Shown here: positions 1-6,931 of the stretch, one piece after another
Position numbering within the stretch: the stretch's first letter is position 1
How the letters are laid out: each line of letters opens with the position of its first letter
From: Thermoplasmatota archaeon
Lineage (GTDB): Archaea; Thermoplasmatota; Penumbrarchaeia; Penumbrarchaeales; Penumbrarchaeaceae
DNA length: 12,774 nt
Assembly (NCBI GenBank): GCA_965234725.1
Contig: CBDDUX010000065.1
Span: 1 to 12,774, forward strand
Direction of reading: 5' to 3'
The notes under the pieces: model-generated
The model's database searches: none
What the model was told of the DNA's origin: nothing
Seen by the model: the letters and a program-made list of their open reading frames with translations, nothing else
Program-made: the position numbers and the translations under genes

Positions 1-1
1 G

Positions 2-207
2 TGGGAGCACTGGGATTTGAACCCAGACAAACGGGTATCGCCTACGTTTGAGCGTTAGTAGCATGAGGTCGAAGACCTCCAGGCTCATTTACGGGTCATC
101 GCTCCAGTCATTCATCACAGACCAAGCGTCCCTGGTCCTCAGCCGACCCGTTTCCAATCATCCTCGTAACTGGAGCCCGTTGTGCTACCAGGTTACACCA
201 TGCTCCC
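2..207 (-). tRNA. trnW: tRNA-Trp(CCA) with 133-nt intron at canonical position 37/38 (exon 1 207..170, exon 2 36..2)
   Basis: Reverse complement folds as a cloverleaf: acceptor GGGAGCA/TGCTCCC + A73, D stem GTGT/GCAC, anticodon stem ACGGG/CCCGT with CT-CCA-G (anticodon 173..171), T arm CTGGG-TTCAAAT-CCCAG. Whether a CCA tail is encoded cannot be seen because the window ends one base after the discriminator. Confidence 0.97.
37..169 (-). ncRNA. tRNA-Trp intron encoding a box C/D guide sRNA (predicted 2'-O-methylation of C34 and C39 of pre-tRNA-Trp)
   Basis: Box C AGGATGA (164..158); guide AAACGGGT (153..146) complementary to A38-U45; box D' CTGA (142..139); box C' GTGATGA (118..112); guide ACTGGAGC (108..101) complementary to G31-G37 plus the first intron base; box D ATGA (99..96). 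The N+5 rule gives C39 and C34, the positions known for euryarchaeal tRNA-Trp intron guides. The splice junction is BHB-like (CTCC/GGCG central helix, AG|T and AT|A bulges, TACG/CGTA). Confidence 0.92.
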
Positions 208-246
208 GGAAGGGTTCGTTAGGGCTACCATGGAGCTCAGGAAACA

Positions 247-277
247 GAGAAGAACGGCCTTCCGGAGAAGGATTCTC
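247..277 (-). other. Hairpin between rpl41e and tRNA-Trp (possible processing/stability element)
   Basis: CCTTC-TCCG-GAAGG (271..258) inside an outer GAGAA/TTCTC pair, immediately after the rpl41e stop codon. Function is inferred only. Confidence 0.35.
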
Positions 278-278
278 A

Positions 279-383
279 TTACTTCTGCTTCCTTGCGGCT
301 CTCTTTCTGCGGCGCATTCTCTTCTTTCGCCATTTCCACCGCATATTTCCTTTCTTCTTCCACGCTCTTGAGCTGCGCTTCAT
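279..383 (-). CDS. rpl41e: Ribosomal protein eL41 (L41e, now eS32), 34 aa
   Basis: Manual translation: MKRSSRAWKKKGNMRWKWRKKRMRRRKRAARKQK, ending TAA-TGA. It carries the M-R-x-K-W-R-K-K-R-M-R-R eL41 core and the archaeal N-terminal WKKKG extension, with a GAGG RBS upstream of the ATG. Below the ORF-track length cutoff. Confidence 0.93.
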   Translation of the reverse strand: MKRSSRAWKKKGNMRWKWRKKRMRRRKRAARKQK

Positions 384-417
384 TTGGTAGCCTCTTCGTA
401 TTTTCGGGAATGAACAG

Positions 418-492
418 CGGACCCGGAGGGATTCGAACCCTCGACATCCGGCTTAGAAGGCCGGCGCCATATCCTGGCTAGGCCACGGGCCC
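418..492 (-). tRNA. trnR: tRNA-Arg(TCT), intronless, CCA not encoded
   Basis: GGGCCCG-TG-GCCT-AGCCAGGATA-TGGC-G-CCGGC-CTTCTAA-GCCGG-ATGTC-GAGGG-TTCGAAT-CCCTC-CGGGTCC-G. Anticodon at 457..455; Arg determinant A20 present. Confidence 0.97.
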
Positions 493-585
493 AAGCACTT
501 CGCTCAGGACCCCGCGGGTCCATCAGGTATGGACCTGGATAGGGACCCTGTTTCTCCCGTGAAAACGACCTAAACAAGAAGTTGG

Positions 586-599
586 TTATATACCTTTTT
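586..599 (-). promoter_or_regulatory. BRE/TATA promoter for the tRNA-Arg-rpl41e-tRNA-Trp unit
   Basis: AAAAAGG-TATATAA on the - strand. Predicts a start near 560-565 and a leader of about 70 nt. Confidence 0.6.
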
Positions 600-632
600 A
601 TAGTTAAATCAGCGGTCCATTCGATATACGCA

Positions 633-648
633 CGGAAAGTGTTATAAT
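633..648 (+). promoter_or_regulatory. BRE/TATA promoter for the C25 gene (probably leaderless mRNA)
   Basis: CGGAAA-GTG-TTATAAT, about 25 nt upstream of GTG at 673. Confidence 0.5.
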
Positions 649-672
649 ACCGGTTACCTGGATAAAGGGGAT

Positions 673-3600
673 GTGTCGCATAGGTATTCATTTCATCCGT
701 TCGGTCCAATTGTCATTCCTTCATTTTTAGTTATTCTTCTTACTTCCACTTTTTTTTCATCACTACTAATTATGGTTCCAAGCATAACTTCGATCCCAGG
801 AACCGAGCCATCCAACTCAATGATCGGAACCAGATCTCCTTCAAATGGACAAGGGATAAGATATGCCATTGTAACCACCTCTGACCTTTCGGACACTTTC
901 GAAGATCTGAAGACCTGGAGATCAATGACCGGATCGAAAGCTGAGATATACATTCTCGACGGTCCTTCAGGGATCATTTCCCAGTACTCTGGTTCTGACG
1001 ATGCAGAGAAGCTGTTCAATTTCATTGGTGACCTTTACGAGAACAACGAAGGATCCCTGGAGTATCTCCTTTTAGGGGGGGATGATGACAAGGTCCCCAC
1101 CAGATATCTTTGGGCAAATGCTTCCCGATGGGATTATGACGATCAATATCTCTCTGATGTCTATTTCTCCTCACCGAAAACCGATTGGGATCGGGACGGT
1201 GATGGAAGATACGGTGAAAGAGAGGACATCGAATCGATCGGAATAGAGAACATTTCCTTTCCGATCAAGGTGGGAAGATTCCCGGTCTCATCAGTCGATG
1301 AGGCCAGGATAATGGTCCAGAGGGTCATAGGATACGAGACCTCTCCGGAGGAGGGAAACTGGACCCGAAGGGGGATCGTAGCCTCCTCATTGATGGAAGC
1401 ACCCAATATCATCAATGATCCTTTGACTCCCGCCGATGAGGGTTTCGACGACTTCAAGGATAATGGTTACAAGGCATTTCTCAACTATACATACAGATAC
1501 ATTCCCAGATCACTGGACTTGATCGAGTTCCATGATTATGAAATGTATGAGGGGGGATCCTATTCCAACACCACTGACAGTCTTGGAATAGGTGACATTC
1601 CGGATGCCTTGGACCAGGGCTGCTCATTTTTTACCTTCGCGGGTCAATCGTTCTATGATATTGATTCGGATTGGGATCCTCCAGTAGCCTATTCACTTGC
1701 ACAATACATCGATCCCTGGGGCCTATCTTCCGGGGGAGAAGCTTTCGGTGAAGCACTGACCTACGAGGATACCTGGAACCTGTCAAATGGTCAAAGACTC
1801 CCGGTCGCTTACATCTCATCCTGTGATTCTGCCAATTTCACTTCTCCTGGAGATACAAGCCTTGAGAACATGGTACGATCACCAAACGGTGGTGCCATCT
1901 GTCTGATCGGGTCGACCGGTGTTTCATGGAGAGGTGAGGGGACGGATTATACCCTGGGTAACTGGTATCTCCTTTCACGGTTCTGGGAGAAGATGATGAC
2001 CACTGGCAGACCAGGGGATTCCTTGTTCTGGTTGAAGCAGAACTATATCGATACGAAATGGGATGAATATGCCACAAAAGAGGTCCTTTTGATCGAGCTG
2101 TATACTTACAATCTGCTGGGAGACCCGGCACTTACAGCCTGGATCGGGGATCCTCTCAGCATTCAATTGAAGGGTCAGACATCGGATCATTTCGCCGGAG
2201 GAGATACATATTCGGCCAGGGTAACTGATATGGTCGGGAATCCCCTTTCAAATGTGCGTGTCTCACTTTTCATGAATTCTACAGATGAGGTCTTTTCAGC
2301 TACCACGGGACCAGATGGATATGCAGAGGTTCAGACATCATTCACCTCAGGGGGTCCTATCCAGATCACTGCCACCGGAAGGAACCTGATACCTGTGACC
2401 CTGCAGACCATTGTCCTTGATCAGCCTGTGGACCTTATGGTGGATGGTTCCACACTTGAGATCGGTCCCCTTCCGTTAACTGAAGGGGAATTGGCAGTTT
2501 TCAAGGCCACAATACGAAATATTGGAGGACGGGATGCAAATAATGCCGAGGCATGGTTAATGGCCGGCATCATTTCGGAGGATCCAGGAGAATGGCCAGA
2601 TCCAATCATCAAGAGGACCGTCGACCTTCCCGTAGGCTCCTCTGTTGACATCGGATTTGAAATATTCCCTTCTAGGTCATGGGACCGATTGACCATTGGA
2701 TTGATATCACTGGACAAGGAGAACGATCTTGATAACAATCTGGAATGGATCACTATCGATGTGAACGCCAGGCCGAGGTTCCTTCCAATGGACCTACTGG
2801 AGTTGGAGGAGGACCAGGATGGAGGTGGAAGGTTCGATCTTTCTTCCTATGTGTATGATCCGGATAATGACCCCGGATCCCTGTCGTTCTCCCTCGGAAC
2901 CGGATCCCCGTCCTGGTGCTCTCTTGAGGGAAGTATGTTGAATATCCAACCTCCAGGCAATTGGTCGGGGGCCTTCGACATTACATTGAGGGTTTCAGAT
3001 GGTCTCGCTTTCGATCTGACCGAGGTTGGTGTTTTCGTGAACTCTGTGAACGATCCCCCTGTGATCATGGACCTCCAGGATTCATACACAGCTTACATTG
3101 ATACCCCTTTTTCGCTTGTCCTCCAGACCTTTGATGCAGAGGGCGAGGCCATGGTCCTTTCCATTCACACAGACCTTGAAAGGATGAAGATCTCCGGAAG
3201 GACAATCAGTTTTGTACCATATGTCGAGAATGAGGGTGTTCATAATATCGTCATCAATATTTCGGATACTTCCGGAGGCAACAATACCTACAGCTTCGAT
3301 CTGTCCATCCTTCCTCCTCTTGGTCGTTTGTATTTCGAGGAACCCTCTGTTCATCTTCCCTCGGCCAGGGTCGGTTCTTCATATAACTACAAGGTCCGGA
3401 TCGGAGGAGACCTGTCAGAGAATGTGACCTTTTCAGATGACAGCGACCTTTTCATTATAGACCCCACAACAGGGGAGATCTCCTTCAAACCAGGATCTGA
3501 AGATGAGGGGGATCACTGGATAACTATAACGGTGGATTCAGGTGGATCAAGGATCGAAAGGACATTCTTTATTCAGATCAAGGAGGAAAGAGAGAACGAT

Positions 3601-3711
3601 CCCTTGATCTATTGGATCCTTGGATCAGCAATAGCTGTCCTTCTTCTCCTTGTGATCGCCGTGGTACTATGGTCGGGACCTAAAGTGGGACAGTATGGTC
3701 TTGAAGAATGA
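673..3711 (+). CDS. Membrane-anchored C25 (gingipain) family cysteine peptidase-like protein with Ig-like, CARDB-like and cadherin-like domains
   Basis: Hydrophobic N-terminus. C25 motifs YAIVT, YLLLGGD...VPT, SDVYF, DWDRDGDGRYGE, VGRFPV, PVAYISSC, NGGAICLIGS, YNLLGDP. CARDB-like ATIRNIGG...ENDLDNN and cadherin-like NARP...LEED...YDPD...RVSDG...VNDPP segments. C-terminal TM at about 3601-3672. The GTG start is less certain than the ORF itself. Confidence 0.88.
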   Translation: MSHRYSFHPFGPIVIPSFLVILLTSTFFSSLLIMVPSITSIPGTEPSNSMIGTRSPSNGQGIRYAIVTTSDLSDTFEDLKTWRSMTGSKAEIYILDGPSGIISQYSGSDDAEKLFNFIGDLYENNEGSLEYLLLGGDDDKVPTRYLWANASRWDYDDQYLSDVYFSSPKTDWDRDGDGRYGEREDIESIGIENISFPIKVGRFPVSSVDEARIMVQRVIGYETSPEEGNWTRRGIVASSLMEAPNIINDPLTPADEGFDDFKDNGYKAFLNYTYRYIPRSLDLIEFHDYEMYEGGSYSNTTDSLGIGDIPDALDQGCSFFTFAGQSFYDIDSDWDPPVAYSLAQYIDPWGLSSGGEAFGEALTYEDTWNLSNGQRLPVAYISSCDSANFTSPGDTSLENMVRSPNGGAICLIGSTGVSWRGEGTDYTLGNWYLLSRFWEKMMTTGRPGDSLFWLKQNYIDTKWDEYATKEVLLIELYTYNLLGDPALTAWIGDPLSIQLKGQTSDHFAGGDTYSARVTDMVGNPLSNVRVSLFMNSTDEVFSATTGPDGYAEVQTSFTSGGPIQITATGRNLIPVTLQTIVLDQPVDLMVDGSTLEIGPLPLTEGELAVFKATIRNIGGRDANNAEAWLMAGIISEDPGEWPDPIIKRTVDLPVGSSVDIGFEIFPSRSWDRLTIGLISLDKENDLDNNLEWITIDVNARPRFLPMDLLELEEDQDGGGRFDLSSYVYDPDNDPGSLSFSLGTGSPSWCSLEGSMLNIQPPGNWSGAFDITLRVSDGLAFDLTEVGVFVNSVNDPPVIMDLQDSYTAYIDTPFSLVLQTFDAEGEAMVLSIHTDLERMKISGRTISFVPYVENEGVHNIVINISDTSGGNNTYSFDLSILPPLGRLYFEEPSVHLPSARVGSSYNYKVRIGGDLSENVTFSDDSDLFIIDPTTGEISFKPGSEDEGDHWITITVDSGGSRIERTFFIQIKEERENDPLIYWILGSAIAVLLLLVIAVVLWSGPKVGQYGLEE

Positions 3712-3838
3712 AGAAGAGGTTACTTGCACATATATTCTGTATTGTTCATAGATTAGTTTCACATCCGTTTTTCGGGATTTCCAGTCATTAAATTGCGCTT
3801 AAAGCTTGCTTAAAAGGCAAGACGAAAGAGGGGCCAAC

Positions 3839-3847
3839 CTTTAATTA
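3839..3847 (+). promoter_or_regulatory. TATA box for the 3871 gene (leaderless geometry)
   Basis: CTTTAATTA about 24 nt before ATG 3871, with no Shine-Dalgarno motif in between. Confidence 0.45.
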
Positions 3848-3870
3848 CCTCACATATAGATTATGATTCC

Positions 3871-6800
3871 ATGTGGGAAAAAGGAAGGGTTGCCAAATTT
3901 AAGTTTTTAGCTGTAACATCATTCACGTTACTGTTTCTACTCACATCTTTGACACCTTTAATCTTGAGTATGGAAAGCAGGGATGTGAGCGCCGACCTTG
4001 AGGGGAGGGTGGTTGACGGGTCAAGTGATCCTATTGTTGGGCTCAGTGTTGTTGCGATCTCCTCCACCGGTGCTTATCTTAACGGAACCCAGACAAATAT
4101 TACCGGAAATTTCTCTATTGGACTCCCACCTCTTCCGGAAGGAGCAACAATTTTTCTGGTTTATTTCAAGACAGGATATTTTTCCCATACAATTGAGATG
4201 ACGATCCATGGAGGCACAAATTCTCTGGGGAACTTGACCACAACTCCGATCCCGATGGAGACCGAAACAGTATCAGGCACTATCCTTTCCCTTGTTGGGG
4301 CTCCGGTCAAGGATGTTGATATTAACATGGAATTCAAGGGTCCAGAGGGTGAATATCGATATGAGGCCGTGTCGGATACTTCAGGAGAATTCAGCTTCAC
4401 CGTATTCCCTGCTGAATTCAATATCCGGATGGAGGTCAAGGGAATAACCGTTTATGAGGAGAGTCTGGAAGTGGAGTCTGGCCAAGGACCATATGACCTG
4501 TCTGTCAATATACCCACGGTCCCTGATCGCGACATTGTGATCGAGGGCTATATAAGGGATGGAACTGACCCCATATCCGGTGCGATCGTGGCTTTGATGG
4601 AATCTGAAACTGAGCTAGGGACACAGGTGGCCTCCGGTCCTGACGGATATTACGAGATCGAATTCTGGTCTGGAAAACATCTGATCATATCCATGAAGGA
4701 AGGATATGATGCATATTTCAATAATATCATGGTTCCTTCCTCAGGGAGGATCTGGAAAAATATAACCCTTCAAGAGGAGGTTTACTGGATGAACGGAACC
4801 GTCCGTGATGTGGAAGGTGCACCGATCGAAGGCATCACGGTCCAGTTCCTTCGACAGAACTCCTTCATTATGTTCAATACTTACATTACTGACAGCTCCG
4901 GTGATTTCCATATCAAGGTCCCGGAAGGGAACGGATACCTGATGGCTGTTGAGGAGAGCCCGTTCGATCTCGAAGTCTATGACGCCTATTTCCAGGGCCC
5001 GATCAACATGGTCTCTGACATGAACAAATTGATCACCCTGCAAGAGAAAGAGACCATCACTCAGGAGATGTTCATCAATTTCGACGGGTGGGATAGATTC
5101 AATGTCTCTTCCTCGATGGGGCTTTCAATGAATGCGAGCAAAGGATCCAGGGCAACGATAGATATGATGGTGGGGAACGGAGATCTTATTGTCGATCAGG
5201 ATGAAGCCGATATGTTCATTGACATGATCTTGGCAGATGACGGAAGTCTCGGTGAAGGGGCGTTTACCAATGACACAAAGGACAATATTACTGTTGCTGG
5301 CAACCATTACGATCTCCTGCCCGGGTCTGTATATATGGATTTCAGGAACCTTACAGGTCCAATTGATGAGGAGAAGGATTTCGAGCTCAGACAGTCCTCT
5401 GAATATACAATGAACGGAGCCATCCCGGATGAGACCTATGTATTGGATATGAATGTGAACATATCATTCGCAGAGGAGGGTGAGGACCTGATAATACAAG
5501 TCCCCATCCCCGAGGGATGGATGTACCTGAACAATTCAGAGACCCTTCACGAGATCCATGTTTCAGGTGGTGTATTGACAATACATCCGGTAATGGACCC
5601 TGATGATGGCGATAATATCGACAGTGAGTGGGTATCCATTGCTTTGGCCGATGATACATTCCAGGTCGAAGTATCTCCACCGCAGTCCTTCTTTGAAGGA
5701 GAGGAAGCGACCATTTCATTGAATATCACGGACCATGTTCCTGAAAATGTTCGCCATTACAGCTGGGAAATTGGGGATGGAACTACGATCAATACTACTG
5801 AACCGGAATTGGTCCATACCTTCCAGGAAAATGGAACCTACGATGTAACCGTCAGGATGTTTGATGAATTGGAGAGGGAAACCAATGCATTCGGTACATT
5901 CGAGATCCTGAACAAGGACCCCTATCTGAACATCTCGGTCATGGGGGGGATAGACAGGACCTTCCACGAAGGTGATCAGATCACTGTTCAAGTGAATGCT
6001 GAGGATGTACCAGATGACCCACTTATCTATCAATGGGGATTGTTAGGTGTGTGGTCCCAGGAGATTCCATATACAATGGACAATTCATCCTTTTCAGTAG
6101 TGATCCCCGACGATGGGAATATCACACTGCAGGTCAGGATCATGGACGATGATGGGGGATCTGAACTGAAAGAGTTGAGATTTAAAGCCCTGAACCTGGC
6201 CCCGACCTTTTTCATGAACGTTTCGGGATTGGACGATGATGATAGGATAGACCAAGGGAAAATGGTGTCGTTTGAAGCTCTTAACCTGTCCGATGTTTCA
6301 AATGATACGATCTCACATGAATGGATATGGCAGGAAAATGTTTCTATCGAAGCGGATGAGGACGGACCTTCACTTGACATCAGATTCCTCGACCCAGGTA
6401 TCTATAATGTTAGTTTCAGAGCATACGATGAGGATGGCGGAGTGACGTGGTACAACACATCCATCGAGGTCTTGGAGGATATGGACTTCGATAATGATGG
6501 GGATGGGATGCCCAGATGGTGGGAGAAGCTCCATGGTCTGGATGATGATGATCCCAGAGATGCGGGATACGATCCTGATATGGACACTCTCACGAACCTC
6601 CAGGAATATCTGAATGGAACCGACCCGCATAAGAAAGATACCGATTCGGATGGGATGCCGGATGACTACGAGGTGGATGTGGATGGTCTGAATCCCCTAG
6701 AAGATGATGCTGATGGCGACCTTGACGGTGATGGCCTTTCGAATTATGAGGAGTATATGAAAGGTTCCGATCCTACCACTCCGTTTGACGAGGACGATCT

Positions 6801-6924
6801 GGAAAATGATAGCGGTACGGTGATCTTCCTGATCCTTTTGATCACTGGTATCCTGATAGCATTGGGTGCAACGGTCCTGATGATAACGAGGAGGAAACAG
6901 TCGTCTATGTGGTATGAGGAGTGA
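3871..6924 (+). CDS. Large cell-surface glycoprotein: four carboxypeptidase-regulatory-like beta-sandwich repeats, unassigned central domain, PKD-like domains, TSP3-like acidic repeats, C-terminal TM
   Basis: Signal-peptide-like N-terminus. Four repeats of the type GxVxD...PIxGxxV...TxxxGxF/Y. PKD-like YSWEIGDG...HTFQENGTYDVTV and RFLDPGIYNVSFRAYDEDG. Acidic repeats near the end, then TM followed by RRK. Confidence 0.85.
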   Translation: MWEKGRVAKFKFLAVTSFTLLFLLTSLTPLILSMESRDVSADLEGRVVDGSSDPIVGLSVVAISSTGAYLNGTQTNITGNFSIGLPPLPEGATIFLVYFKTGYFSHTIEMTIHGGTNSLGNLTTTPIPMETETVSGTILSLVGAPVKDVDINMEFKGPEGEYRYEAVSDTSGEFSFTVFPAEFNIRMEVKGITVYEESLEVESGQGPYDLSVNIPTVPDRDIVIEGYIRDGTDPISGAIVALMESETELGTQVASGPDGYYEIEFWSGKHLIISMKEGYDAYFNNIMVPSSGRIWKNITLQEEVYWMNGTVRDVEGAPIEGITVQFLRQNSFIMFNTYITDSSGDFHIKVPEGNGYLMAVEESPFDLEVYDAYFQGPINMVSDMNKLITLQEKETITQEMFINFDGWDRFNVSSSMGLSMNASKGSRATIDMMVGNGDLIVDQDEADMFIDMILADDGSLGEGAFTNDTKDNITVAGNHYDLLPGSVYMDFRNLTGPIDEEKDFELRQSSEYTMNGAIPDETYVLDMNVNISFAEEGEDLIIQVPIPEGWMYLNNSETLHEIHVSGGVLTIHPVMDPDDGDNIDSEWVSIALADDTFQVEVSPPQSFFEGEEATISLNITDHVPENVRHYSWEIGDGTTINTTEPELVHTFQENGTYDVTVRMFDELERETNAFGTFEILNKDPYLNISVMGGIDRTFHEGDQITVQVNAEDVPDDPLIYQWGLLGVWSQEIPYTMDNSSFSVVIPDDGNITLQVRIMDDDGGSELKELRFKALNLAPTFFMNVSGLDDDDRIDQGKMVSFEALNLSDVSNDTISHEWIWQENVSIEADEDGPSLDIRFLDPGIYNVSFRAYDEDGGVTWYNTSIEVLEDMDFDNDGDGMPRWWEKLHGLDDDDPRDAGYDPDMDTLTNLQEYLNGTDPHKKDTDSDGMPDDYEVDVDGLNPLEDDADGDLDGDGLSNYEEYMKGSDPTTPFDEDDLENDSGTVIFLILLITGILIALGATVLMITRRKQSSMWYEE
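6475..6780 (+). repeat. Two tandem TSP3-like (putative Ca-binding) protein repeat units
   Basis: DNDGDGMPRWWE...GLD...DPDMDTLTNLQEYLNGTDP and DTDSDGMPDDYE...GLNP...DLDGDGLSNYEEYMKGSDP. Confidence 0.8.
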
Positions 6925-6931
6925 AGGAAGA

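Noticed and set aside
48..709. ORF-track entries 48..371, 182..481, 193..447 and 380..709
   Set aside because: They overlap tRNA genes or promoters and are shadow frames of the real rpl41e ORF.
671..730. ATG at 671 as the start of the C25 gene or a frameshifted start
   Set aside because: Out of frame and stops at TAG after 19 codons. The GTG frame already gives a continuous hydrophobic signal-like segment.
3795..3821. GCTTAAA direct repeat and CTTGCT/GGCAAG hairpin in the intergenic region
   Set aside because: Too short to distinguish from chance, and no U-tract follows.
6475..6780. GAT-rich repetitive DNA as a CRISPR array or satellite
   Set aside because: Explained by Asp/Gly-rich protein repeats; no identical repeats with spacers.
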